From Balanoglossus misakiensis (Eukaryota; Animalia; Hemichordata): a DNA stretch of 64,000 nucleotides. The stretch is from positions 2,857,054 to 2,921,053 of the forward strand of contig CM082598.2 in the NCBI GenBank assembly GCA_040954595.2, written 5' to 3'. Numbering within the stretch: the stretch's first letter is position 1; each line of letters starts with the position of its first letter. The notes beneath the pieces were generated by a model, which saw nothing but the letters and a program-made list of their open reading frames with translations, had not been told where the DNA came from and ran no database searches. Shown here piece by piece: positions 20,766-33,489 of the stretch. The translations under genes and the position numbers were made by a program.

Positions 20766-20878
20766 TCCCCAGTGGCACAATCGGTTAGCGCGCCGTACTT
20801 ATATGACAGTGCAAGGCGACGTCCATTGCTGTGTAGAGAGTAATGCGGAGGTTGTGAGTTCGAGCCTCACCTGGGGAA
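20766..20878 (+). tRNA. tRNA-Ile(UAU) with a 39-nt intron (20804-20842)
   Basis: Acceptor stem TCCCCAG/CTGGGGA, D arm TGGCACAATCGGTTAGCGC, anticodon stem CCGTA/TGCGG with CT-TAT-A loop (anticodon 20800-20802), T arm GTGAG-TTCGAGC-CTCAC, discriminator A. Follows the metazoan Ile-TAT pattern. Confidence 0.92.
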
Positions 20879-20879
20879 C

Positions 20880-20888
20880 TTTCTTTTT
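20880..20888 (+). terminator. Pol III oligo-T terminator
   Basis: TTTCTTTTT immediately after the tRNA. Confidence 0.75.
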
Positions 20889-22906
20889 GTCGTGTCTTAG
20901 ATAATGTGCCGCAAATTGTGATCTTATTTTTATATAAATCATTTAGAAGTCAATTTATAGTAGCCTAATAGCTCCTATCACCTCCTCGAAACCGTTGATT
21001 TCAGGAACCGTTAATATTTTAGCTCGATCGATATTTTAACCGGATTTTCGGCCTATGATGCTAAACTTATAAGCCCTGGTTACACCCTCGGTAAGCTTAG
21101 CCTCTTTCCTACTGAAGAAATTGTAGATCTTGCGCATTAATGCCATTATCACATGTTTATTTTACATGAATTTGTGCCAGAAAGTAACTTAAGTTGTAAT
21201 TGTTTGACGGTAAATTGGTCTGGTGAGAGTCTTGTTATGTTAATTTCTTTCGAATGTCTTGTTGAGGAAACAATGTAACCAACAGACAAACGGAAGTCTT
21301 GTACATGTACATTGCGTCAAAGGTAAACACGACGGAATTTGAATGAGCGTCAGACGAAACCATGGCGAAAGATGAATGCAACAAAGCCGTGTGATTGTTA
21401 TGAGCCTAATGTTGACAAAGATTAGATGAACGACATCTTTATTAGGTAAGGTGGTCAGGTTTGTCGTGGATATTTACGCGAGCGTGCAGGGTCCAGCAGC
21501 AGACAACATCCTTCGGTAACAACCACCTGTTCGCATGTCCTGTCGCCATGTTCACACAATAATCTTTGCACATATCAATGTTAAAGCCGCCGTTCTCAGT
21601 CCCTGGTTTTCATATTACTGGGTACTTCACCCACTGTCAGTCAGGAATATACCAGTGTTTTGATATTGAATTGAAGGGAAACAATGGTCACGCGAACTAA
21701 TGCACTGGCGTAGGACCTTGAAATGTGTTGTTTACCCAGTTTGAAGATGGCCATTTAGTCCCTGGGCGACGCATTTTATTGTCGTTCAACTGTCTGCTGT
21801 TATTGAATGAATAACAAACATTCACACAGCCTGCCAGTGGTTTGAATAACAATGGTATTGTTTGTGAAAAAATCAAGTTATGTTGAATAAAAGGGAGGCC
21901 CCTGTGTGGTTTGACGAGATTGTGACTGAACATTTCTGGCACACAATTGACCTATGTGAATAAAAAACAAAACTATAAATGCAAAACTTGTTGGATTTAC
22001 AGGTGCCAGTATAATTTATAAAGTGAGAACTCTGTATTATCTGTGGTTTCGGCCATATTTTTGGTCACAGTTGGTTGTCTGGTGAATATGTTAATAGAAT
22101 TGAAAACACATGGCCATTAAGGGGCAGTTGATAATAAATGCACCTATAGGGGTTTTAGATGACCTTTGACTGGGCCCTGGCATACTAGAAGGCAAAACTG
22201 TGAAGAGTTTTGTAAGCATGTGATTACAAATCTGTTTGAATGTGAATGAGAGTGTGAAAGTCGAGAGTGAAAGTTGGACATGTTGAAAAACTATCATGCC
22301 GTCTTCTGTATTTTGTGTTTTAACTATCACTGGTCCCTAGGAATAGCCTTGTCTCTGTGATTACAATCATTAGATTGAGGTATCATCAACCCATTAGATT
22401 AAGCCAGGAACTGATAGTGTGTTTTTCTCACTGGATTGATCAAAATTACATACAGTGGTGTACTTGCTTGTGTTTTCCATTTGCTCTGAATACCAGTGGT
22501 ATTTTCTTGTCCGGGACTCGTTTCCACAGTACACTTGTCTGCCATCTGATGTGGTAAAGTTAAGTTCTGGTAGGTAGTGGATTAGTTTGTGTCCATGCCA
22601 AGTTTCTCGCTGGAGATTGCTACTGTGTATGTGACATGTGCATGGATTCTAAGAGAAGTTTTTTTTGATAATCTGTTGCAAGGCTGGTGATATTTCGCAG
22701 TTCTGGTACAATATGGGTTTGTGTCTGTCGCTTATTTTAGACTGATGATTTGAAAATTCTGACCATCTTGTTTTTCATTACATTTCCGTCAGATATAGTG
22801 TAGTACTGCAGCCATAACGCATGGCATTAATATTATGAAATTCTGTCCGAAATCTATTTACGGTGTCTTTGCATCTGTTCGACAGAATACAGCGACAGAC
22901 GAAAGC

Positions 22907-25045
22907 ATGGCTGCGGTGGAGAACGGCGCTGCAGGGGACGGAGCTCTGGCCATGTCGCAAGAAATAGCTGCGGCCACTGACGCCAGTCTGGCACCAATGA
23001 AGGAGGACCTTGCAGAGTGGCTGTCCAAGCTACTTGGTGAGTTTACAAGTTTGTCAGGGAAATACATTTTCTCCTGGAGAAAAACTTTTATAGATTTGTT
23101 GATTTGATTAGTTTCTGTACTCAATAATATAACGTATTGCAGATGCTTTTGAGTAATTCATTGAACAGACAAGAATTTGGGTAGACACCGAAAGTGACTG
23201 TTCTTTTACTTAACGGAAAAAAAGATTGGTCAATGTTTGTGACTGTTTGTCATTGTGAACATGATCTAACCAAACAAGAAATAGATTGAAAACCAAATTC
23301 GTCATGTGATGTTGATCCCTTTGTTTACAACCTGTCCTCTGTGTAACTCTTTGCTGATGCTATGTCCTAGATTTGTTTCATGACAATCGAAAATAACTGT
23401 AATCTTTTGTCTAGATGTTGAAGTCACAAGTGATAATTTCTTTGATGTGCTGAGTACTGGCGTACTTCCCTGTAAGCTGGCACAGATAATACAGAAAAAA
23501 GCGGAGGAATGCAAAGAAAATGGTGCTCTTAATGAGGTATGTCATTGAGGACTTAGTCTAGAATCAGGAAATGTAGATCTGTGTTGTTTTCCTTTGCTTC
23601 CAAAACATTATTATGCACATGAAATGAAACTCACGCACATAATATGATCGTCAGCTTTTAATATACACATAGTATATCTATGTCCAATCATTGGAAGAAA
23701 AAAATCTGTCGATTGACTTCACAGGAACAATTTCTTTTTTTCTTTCTTATTGATAGGAAATTCCCCGGGTGAAGATCAGGTGCAAGCAAAATGCAAGACC
23801 AGAATCCTTTTTGGCAAGAGACAACACTGCAAATTTTCTCTCATGGTGCAAGCAGTTTGGTGTGCCTGAGGCTTGCCTCTTTGAGTCGGAAGGTCTGGGT
23901 ATGTAATGTGTGATTCCTCCAAGTATAGGGGCTGTAGCCATCTATGAGATTGTTTTGTCTCATAGGTGACTGTTTTAACCCTATCACCCCCATGTCCATG
24001 TGTAGAGGTCCAACTTTACCATAGAGAACAATGGATTTGGACCCAACCATGGTGGTGAAAGGGTTAATCTTCTTGTGACTGACAGTTGGTACTCTTTCGC
24101 TGCTAACTCGTAGTTTCTTATACTGCAGTCCGTGACCATGGTAACTGCAACCTGACATTGAAATACATTAGTGCAATACTACTAACAAGTCAGTCAAAAG
24201 AGAATTAATGAATGAAAAAAATATCTCACTCAGTTTTACAGAAACAACCAAGGGATGTTTTAGTGTGTATGTACGAATTGGCCAGAATTGGCTCAAAGTA
24301 CGGGATTGAACCACCTGGGCTGGTGAAGTTGGAGAAAGAGATTGAACAGGAGGAAGAAACCAGACCAGTTTCTGCTTCAAAGACACCCAAGAAGAGACCA
24401 CAGACTGCGGCACAGAGACTTGATCAAGAGGTATGTACGTTGTGTCTGTGGGCATGTGATATATAGTAATCTTGTGAACTGGGATTTTTGTAGACTCTCC
24501 CATCTCACTGCCACCTGGTCTTGATTGGTGTTTTCTCTTAGGTCCGACGCATCTCAGGGCTATGCAAATGTATGAAACCATATGATGTTCGCAAAGTATC
24601 CGAAGGCAGGTACAACATTGGCGGCAAGATAGTATTTGTCAGGGTAAGCAACATTTCATGGTGATCTTTGCTGCTCAGTGGTAATTATACACAAAATTAC
24701 TCAAGATTCCAGTAAATTTCAAGAAGTTGATGCTGTGAAAATCACATTTCTATTCCAAGAAATTCTTTGTAGTGATTATGAGTATTGTACTAAAATTCCA
24801 TACAAACATTTTTCACGCAAGGACACACTCCCCTACATAGAATTTGTATGTTTTTTTTTTTTTTGAAGATGCTAAAAGGCAAGCATGTAATGGTGCGTGT
24901 TGGTGGCGGCTGGGACACGTTGGACCACTTCTTGTCGAGACACGATCCATGCCGAATAATCAAAGTGCAACGCAAAGCAGCGGAAGGCGGTGATGAATTT
25001 TTGGTCATTAATGGTAATTATAAAAAGAAAGACACGTCAGGTTGA
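22907..25045 (+). CDS. GAS2: Growth arrest-specific 2-like protein (CH domain + GAR domain)
   Basis: Exons 22907-23036, 23415-23536, 23757-23898, ~24233-24430, 24542-24643, 24869-25045. Motifs [49 protein letters not shown] and GAR-domain [17 protein letters not shown]. An alternative in-frame ATG lies at 22835. Confidence 0.9.
23975..24067 (+). mobile_element. piggyBac-like MITE (family A)
   Basis: TTAA-CCCTATCACC...GGTGAAAGGG-TTAA with an intact TTAA duplication. Confidence 0.8.
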
Positions 25046-27271
25046 TTGACGGTAATTGTTTTTATAATGTAAAGTGTCAGGAATTCAAACAAGCTGTTTT
25101 CAGGAAGATAGAGAGATGAACTGACTTTGCCACGATACGATTGGCTGAGAGCCATGATTTTTTATGTAAATTTGCACAAGTCCCCCTAGGTTGGTGGTGG
25201 AAAGTTTGAATTTTAATTATGCCTACTGAGCTTGCCCAATCAGAAATGTTTTTAAAGGATGTTTCCTTGGCAACCTAGACATATCCTACCCATCGGTTGG
25301 GTTTAGGGTTAGGGATTTTGTTGAGGGAAATGCTCAGGGGATAGTTGCCTTTTTATGCTCCGTTTAAAAATTCTCTAAATTGTGAAATATGATTTATTAA
25401 GAAATGGATACAGATTTACAATCATATTTACAGCTAGTCTTCTAATCACTTTTGATTGCATAAAATGATCAGTATTGAAAGTCATACCGAATGTCTTTGA
25501 GGTAAATTATTCAGATCAACCAAATTTTACCTTTTCTGCTTTAATTATCATAATGGTCACACGATTTCTTCTGAAACAGATCATTTTATAATATTTTTAG
25601 GAGAGATGAATTTTATGGTGTGGCTTCGAACAAACTTAGCTTTTTTTAAGCAGGGTAGTACTTGTACAGAGTACATGTATAAACATTGATTTGAGTTGAT
25701 TTATTTTCTGTCTACAATTTTTATCCATCAGTAGTTATTTATCAACCTTTTTCCTACATATCTTGGTATAAACCTTTTGTTCAGAGTGCTGTGGTAGAAA
25801 CCACAGTCATTGACGTAGGGGATGAAAGGTTTGTCAGTCAGATTTTAATGTCCAAACAAACATCTTTATTTTATATTGCAGTGCATCATTGTCATAAACA
25901 GTTTGATTTTCTGTATGTTTCTGTTTAAAAAAACGATAGCTTTATTAGTTCTTATTTTAGTGGGTATGATTCTTTTGTATCCTATCATAAGCTGAAAATT
26001 ATTTATTCAGATGGAATATTTTTGCAAAAAGACCAAAGCATTTTCTCACTATGTCAGAAAGGTAATATGATACATCATTGTTTTTTTGTAAATGATTGTG
26101 ATAGATTCTTTTGATCACCTTGCAATGCTTTGTTGGTCTAATATTTGAAGATGTCAAACACACATAAAAATCCCAAACTGTTGGCAGTGCTATTTTGCCT
26201 GTTGTAACATATCACTTTGTGTCTGTATGACACACCCTTCAGCAGTTGATTTGGGAGAATTTATACAAAACCCAATGCAATGGAATTGCCTTCTGAAATA
26301 TGTACTTCTTTTACTCTGAAATCCACGTAAGTATCATTCAAGAACTTTACAGGCAGTAAAAGATTGAATGATAGAAAAGTTCTGCTTTTTATCTTGACTG
26401 CTGGTGCTAGTATAGACACCAACAAATATTGTGTTTATACCGAGTTTTTGCTCAGCTTAGGGAAATTATAGCAATGACTGATTTTGTATTCATTGTCATG
26501 TCAGTAGACATGTATATATAGTGCATACAGAATGAGTTAAAATTAACATACTACATGTTGTTTTGTGAGGACTCAGCATATGGTTCGTATTGTAAAAATG
26601 TCGAACAAAATACTTGATAAGGCCTTGAAACCAATGCAAATGTATGTGATATCAAAAGTACATCGGATTTCCATTGAACAAAATTATCTGTTGCTGTGTT
26701 TAAACGAGATTTCAATTTTGGGGCTTGTGATTGAAGTGCAGTGTTTTAATAAGTCTTTTAGAGTACAGTAGATTGCTTTGTGAAAAACAATGTATGTGCA
26801 AGTACATACATCCACACTTACATACATACGTACATACATACATACAGTCTATCAACTTCTGTAGCAATGTTCAATATACATTTATTATTGTGAAACTGTC
26901 TAAAAAATACATAAAAGACGACAACTTGCAGAGTCTGTTTCATGTGTTTATTTGAAAATTCCTCAAAATTGAGAAAACAGCAAAGCATCAACACAGCAAA
27001 TACAGACTGTTGACCCGTAACTACAACAAATATATTCTGATCATACCACACAAATGCATTTTTGCTTTCAATTCCAGTAAGTATTCTCCAAGCAAGTTTC
27101 CTTTTATTGTCTAACGGAAAAATGTGTAAGTCATTTTGTTTTGGACTTGTAGAGTTTTCGAGTACAAGCAGTCCAGGGTCGTTTCATAGAATGTATATTT
27201 CAGTTGTATTCATCATCATCATTTTGTGCATTCCGATATCACGACTTCTATTCGACCTCACATTCATAGAC

Positions 27272-27349
27272 TAACCCTTTCACAACCAATCTTTGGTCTT
27301 ACAGTTGCATATTGGACCTGTTTACGCACGACGGGGGTGGAAGGGTTCA
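27272..27349 (-). mobile_element. Degenerate family A MITE in the NDUFB8 3' UTR
   Basis: taacccttttcac...tttggtc...ttggacct...gggggtggaagggttcaa. Confidence 0.45.
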
Positions 27350-27409
27350 AGCTGCAAACTACGTAAACTATTTACAGATCCGGTAAAATAAACGGGCGAA
27401 AATAGGGTG

Positions 27410-29024
27410 TTAAATTTCATAATGTACGGCGGGTTCTGGTACTTGGTCTGGGTCCTTGCCTTTCTCGATGTGTAAATCACTGTACGGGAACTGTTTGGGA
27501 CTCTGCAAGAAGAAGACATACACAATGGTCAGCCAACAGGAATTCTTGCTACCTTAAAGAGTCTGTGACATGCCTTACGAAGTTTTCATTTTTCCCCGTC
27601 AAAAGCTCTCCTAGGGTACCTGTCACACACACACATACGCACACACACACTCGAGTACTTACAACTGGCCAGAAAACAGGATACTTCATTCCAAACATAA
27701 TTAACACTCCCAGCACAGTGAGTGTACCAAATAAACGCCTAAGCTGGGTGTTACTGCAAAAAAAAAAAAAAATGGAAATGTTAGAAATGCAAAAATTTCA
27801 CCAATATGACTTGCATTGTTGCCTGCTGTCACACAATGACAGGGATTTACACTGCTATCAAATTTTCTTGAGAATCACAAAACCTGTGACAAATAATGAC
27901 AGTTTCACTTACAATGGAGGATTAAATTCTTTGTCCCAGTTGGGTCTGTTTCTCCACATTATATCTTCATCTATATGATACTGAAAAACAAAATAGCGTG
28001 CAAAAAATTAAATCTCAGTGAGTTCTCTCCTACATTCAGCATGTCATACAGGGTGCAATATATAATGTGATTTGAGAAATGTAAGAATAAAATGCCCACA
28101 ATGTGATCATGTGTACAATGTATTGGTTCTCATGTTAATTACAAATTACATTCCCTAGAAGAACTTACCACATCTCCGTAATTTCTCCTGATATCCGGAA
28201 AATCCCAATCTTCCCAGTGACTTCTTGAATCCACATGGCATGACGGCAACATGGGATAATCTCCCCATCCTAATCCATCATCCGGATAGGGCTTATAGTC
28301 TTCTACTCTCATGTTATACTTCTTGGCGGCCCTGGCGCGTTCCTCAGGTGTTCTGGGGTACGGTCCTGGGAGCTGATCTTTGGACATCTCCACTGTGGGG
28401 GTAAACAGATCATTTTTCAAACCATCAGTGTTTTTTGTTGTTGCTAAGGTTGGGAACTCTGGCAATGCTTCCGAGAACAAACAATTGATAAACTGTTAAC
28501 GAGCAACTCACACATCTTTCTACTATTGTGAGAACAACGTCACTATTAAAATACACAAACCTGATTTGAGCCTGAAACAGACACAGTAAGCGAAGGTCAC
28601 AGTAAGGTCAAACTTTGTAATCAACATCTGAAGGGAACATCATGCAAAGCTAACGAAATGTTATGCTGAATGCATGTTCGGGTATTATTCATAACTAAAA
28701 TTTGTCAGAAGTGCGTATAAACTGAACACATTGCTATTATCAATTCAAGGACTACAGCATCTCCGTGACACCGATACCTCTACGAATGGTGTCCATATCT
28801 GTCTGCACGAAAACTGCATAGCGATCAACACCACACACACGACTTTCAAAGCGATGCAAACATGCCATTCTTGGATACTGTGTCACACCTTGCAAAATAA
28901 GTATACATCACTTATCATTCTTTCTATGGTTCTACTTACGGTTTCTGGCCTGCAACGCTATGACGCCTCGCTGGCGAAATAACGGGCGCAGTTTCCCGGC
29001 TGCTCGACACAGATGGGACGCCAT
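27410..29024 (-). CDS. NDUFB8: NADH:ubiquinone oxidoreductase subunit B8 (ASHI)
   Basis: Exons 29024-28940 (Arg-rich presequence [20 protein letters not shown]), 28392-~28168 ([39 protein letters not shown]), ~27980-27913, ~27753-27663, ~27502-27410 ([14 protein letters not shown]...VHYEI*). Confidence 0.93.
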
Positions 29025-29380
29025 TTTGGACGACCTGTACACGCGTGCGCAAAGAAATTTCGCGCATTGAGCCCTGGGAAAACTGAAATCAACACGAAAT
29101 CAACACAGCGAAACTGGACAAGGGTCCTTCCGGGGTTTCTTTGAATTCCGTGTTCGCGACGAAAACGCCAAATCAGCTAATACTAGTTTATGAAGTCATA
29201 AACTGTAGTTTAACAGGTCATTTGATGTACATGTACATAAAAATCCACTGATGGGTCTTCGTATTATAACTATAATAGCAAAGCTGCAATGATTACATGG
29301 GTGAACTTGATGTCAAATGAGGTCACAAGAACATCAGAAGCTCGGTTTTAACATTGCAACATTGTTTTCCCCTTTCTTCA
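29025..29380. promoter_or_regulatory. Candidate bidirectional promoter (NDUFB8 / CS-domain gene)
   Basis: Divergent ATGs 430 nt apart in CpG-rich DNA. YY1-like CAAAATGGCG at the NDUFB8 start and NRF1-like TGCGCACGCGT (- strand) at ~29041-29051. Confidence 0.5.
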
Positions 29381-29453
29381 GAACCTGATGGGGATGCCAT
29401 GAGTGAAGAGTTCAAGTTTTCGTAAGGGTTGCCATCTCAATGCAGAAAATCGA

Positions 29454-30504
29454 ATGGCTGCTTTAATAGATGGAGCTAGGACACCACAACACTGTAAGTG
29501 ACAGAACAACAAGTTCCCCTCAGTCATTTTACTTTTGAACTATGATCTTCTCAGGGCTATTATTAATTATTAATTTTTTCTTTAATTTACAGCGTTGGAT
29601 GAACAATGTAAAGACGGATATGCACGAGTGATTGTAGTGATCGAAGGAATTCGTGCCAAGTCGGTGTTTAAAAGTAAAGAAGCTGGCAATGCTGACGTAA
29701 CTCTGACATTTTCTGATAGGTAAGACATCAGGATGATTGCCAATATTGAAAATGACATCTGGGAACAGAACCGCAAAGAACCAGCCAATGTAAAGATTGA
29801 GCCAACTCTACATCTGATTTTTTAATCAGATTGACTTTTGATGGTTATTAGTACATAAATAATGTGATTTAGGAGTCTTGACCCCATGGCCTTTGATAAA
29901 AACAGATTCATATCATTAAAATTTAAGTGGCTTGATTCAGGAAGTGCCAAATTGAATATGCTGTTGTTGTTCTTTTTTTAACTTTCATTTATCTTTCGTT
30001 GTTTGTTTAGAGAGTTTAACTTGGTGGTGAAGCAGAAAAAGGAGGATGGGACTGAGAATGTCTACCAGCTGTTGGCTAGGACACCGCAGAGTATTGAAGA
30101 TGCTCCAAAAAGTTATCACAAGGTCAGTGAGTTTCTCTTTTTGTTACAGTCACCTGAGTATATCTAGCCAATCACAGGCGGAGGAAATCTAGCCAATCAG
30201 ATTGTGCTCTTGCATGGCCAATAGAAGACCTGTGCTTGCCCTCTAAACCATATAAGGGCATATATGCAAAGTAGAGGTGTAAAATCAGTCTAAACCCATT
30301 GTTTAAAGGGTGGATCTCCATGAAGAGGGGACTGGGGGTTGTCTGGACTGCATATGTGCAACTTTCAATCATTTAACCCTTTTTTTTTTCTTTTTTTCTC
30401 AGGTTGAGAAAGACAAGATTTCGATTTTCTTGAAGAAAGTCGTGAAGAAGTCGTGGCTGCAGGCTGGTGAAACTATCGAGGTTATTGAACCAGAGGAAAG
30501 CTAG
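29454..30504 (+). CDS. Small (126 aa) stand-alone CS/p23-like (HSP20-fold) domain protein
   Basis: Four phase-compatible exons 29454-29493, 29593-29719, 30011-30122, 30403-30504 give MAALIDGARTPQHSLDEQCKDGYARVIVVIEGIRAKSVFKSKEAGNADVTLTFSDREFNLVVKQKKEDGTENVYQLLARTPQSIEDAPKSYHKVEKDKISIFLKKVVKKSWLQAGETIEVIEPEES. The pattern resembles CacyBP/SGT1 CS domains. An in-frame stop lies upstream of the ATG. Confidence 0.7.
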
Positions 30505-31375
30505 GGAGATCATACTCTTAATTCTGAGTGAAGGATTCCCAATATCAGGGGTGAAGATAGGCGCTTGTTGCTAGCAAAAACAACCGGCTATTTGCCCTTT
30601 CCCAACCAGCTACTCCCCTCCTCCAAATAAAGGAAAACTCTCTGCCATCTCTTCCAATCCTAACACTTAGCCCTGCCTCCTGAATTCCTCTTTAGATATT
30701 TTGACAGCTGCTTTTGACTATGCGGTGTAGTTGTTATTAATAAAGTCAGATGACACACAAACAAATACTCTGCTTCTTTTTTAATAATTAAAAAATATCA
30801 AACATTCTTTTTCATATAAGAATTTTGACACAAAAAAAATTACTGATTAATGAAAAAAAGTGCTATCTTTCCAGTTTTGAACTTCTACTCATACAGTATG
30901 GAAATCCATTGCAAAGTTAATTTTTCAAATAAGTTTCACTGTAAAATTCTGGTAATCTATTCTTCTAATGGAAATTAAAGACAGCACTTGTGCAATTCAC
31001 GTTAACCTGACTAAAATGGCTATTTATTGAGGGAATAGAACCAAAAACTTTCAAGTCTGCGGTCGGGTAAAGCGCCCTCTTGAGTTAACGTATTGTGATG
31101 TGTGGTCAAGCTGAGCGTGATAGAACGCGATTACCATTTTCTTCCCGATTTCTCTTTACATTTTGTCTTAATATTTATTTTTGGAAAAATGTTTAGTTTC
31201 ACAATATTTAGTGAGAAAATCTAGCTTGAATAGCATATCTCGCGACGCTCCTGATATCTGCGCATGTGTGGCGACCCTTCAGGTCAAACGAGCACATGTG
31301 CTGTGTTTATATCGCCACAAAACGTCGTTCACTGCGTGTTGGTCTCGGTGTAGGTTTTTGAAAGCTCGCAAAACA

Positions 31376-33489
31376 ATGTTCCGGTCAGCTTTTTCAAGGG
31401 TAAGTTATCATATTTACTAAAGAAAGTGTCCAACAGGGCACGACCACTCAAGATATACGTGTGTACATTTCATGTTTGACGGACGGGCGAACGGGTCGAG
31501 TGTTTTCAAGTCTTGCACGCCACGTGTGTAGCATGTTTGTTGCGTTCGGCGAGACGAGTAGATACTGTGCGGCTATGTGTGAGACTAGCAACCACACAGG
31601 TTCCGTTGAAACCGGCTCGTACTTATTACGGTGCGTGTGTTATTGAAGAGACTATGTCCCTTTCACGGCCACGCCCACCTCAGGAGCATGACCACGCCCA
31701 CCACGTCTCCAAGCTTGTGTCAATGTCAAACTCGCATCGCAAACTCTGATCATAAATGGGCAGAATTATAATACAATAATAGTTTTAAAAGTAGCTATGC
31801 TTTCAATATGAAACAATTGTCCAATAATTTCAGTGAACATTATTTTCGGGCTTCAAAATCCATAAATGTTCGAACATTTTTTATCGATAAGGAAGGAATA
31901 TTTGAACCATAGAGGGCGCTATGGCTTAAAGTTTGTTGTCTTTTCAACAGTTACCATGGTTACACAAACATATTGGTCAATGTGCAAGATATGACAGTAC
32001 TTTTAACTCATCAGAGATGTATGTGAGACCAAGATTTGAAAGATGTAAGTAACTTTTGTAGGTGTTTTGTAATAACTTTTGGGAAGTTAAAAGTCGTCAG
32101 CCGTGAAGTAAGAACAGATGACAAAGTTATGGACATTGGACAATAAGGACATTTTTGAACAGTTGTACACTGTATATATGACATTTAATTGAGTTTGTAT
32201 GAAGTTTCTGACACGAAAACTGACTTTCAGATAACGGCAATGTCATGCTTTTCTTGATAGGTGTCAACAAGGTGACATTACTAGGTCGCGTGGGTCAGGA
32301 TCCGGTACAGAGAGGTGACGTTGAAAGACCTGTTGTACAGTTCACCTTGGCAACATCAGAGATGTACAAAGATAGAAGAATTGGGCATGAAGGTTTGTTT
32401 TCAAAGCTCAATATGCCTTTGTCGTATAGAGGGTGCCCTTGCAAAACACGGTGTCGTCTCCAAGGAGACGATGCAAAGACGAAGCCAGTAGCTCACAGAG
32501 TATTACTCGAGCTCGCCTACTTTGTTGTATATATGATGAAATTTGCATTTAAAACTTACATTACAATAAAATGTGGCTGTCAAACGCATGTTTTACTCTC
32601 ACCTCATACTGGCTTCGTTTTCGCGTTGTCTTGTGGAAGGGTGTCCTGTTTATGAAAAAGGCATATTACCTGTAACTTTGGTTATTTTTCTTCAATACAC
32701 GCATTTCTATTCTGTGTATATCTACTGCAAACTCTGACCTGACTTTCAGGCTTACTTGTATCTTTCTGATTTCTTTCTTTCATAGGAGAGTATAAAGAGA
32801 AGACATTGTGGCATCGCATCAGCGTGTTCTACCCTGAAGCTTTGCAGGAACTGATCCTGAGGGTTGTCAAGAAAGGGTAAGGTCATTAATAATAAATAAT
32901 AATGAATAATATTTATTTCTTCTATAGCGCATTTCATAATAGTATAAAATCAACAGGTTGACCATGGAAAATAGATAGTGTTGGACCAAGCTTTTGTGCT
33001 CATGATTAAATGTGTATTCTCATTTCACCATCAGGTCCAGGATATATGTGCATGGAAGACTGGACTACAGTGACTATATTGACAAACAAGGATACAAAGT
33101 ATTTGCTACAAGCATTATAGCAGGTACTGTATTGTCTTATACGTAACACAATCATACTTTCCTTTACTTATGTGAAGTAATTCAATACTCGTACTCCTTG
33201 TCATTGTGCGATGGTCACAGTGTATTGATGAGCGCAGTAATGATAAAAATGTCTGTGAAATATGAATTTCTAGAAACATTGTTTGCTTAAATGTCACTAC
33301 ATTAAAGTGAGATATACATGTATTGTCATTGATCATACATACCAATCACTTAATCAGCCAATCAACAGGAAGCATTATTTGAATCCACCATTTAATGTAT
33401 TCTACTTTTCAGATGATATAATATTTCTCTCAACTCGCAAGCAAGATGAAAAACCAGAGGAGGATGAGGATGAGGAGGGAGACATCTAA
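31376..33489 (+). CDS. SSBP1: Mitochondrial single-stranded DNA-binding protein
   Basis: Exons 31376-31399 (MFRSAFSR), 31951-32044, 32261-32391 (VNKVTLLGRVGQDP...FTLATSE), ~32786-32876 (TLWHRISVFYP), ~33034-33123 (GSRIYVHGRLDY), ~33413-33489 (DDIIFLS...). NRF1-like TGCGCATGTG at ~31259. Confidence 0.92.

Noticed and set aside
25299-25316. GGGTTTAGGGTTAGGG telomere-like or G-quadruplex motif
   Set aside because: Only 2-3 units and three adjacent G-runs. Too short to call an interstitial telomere or a G4.
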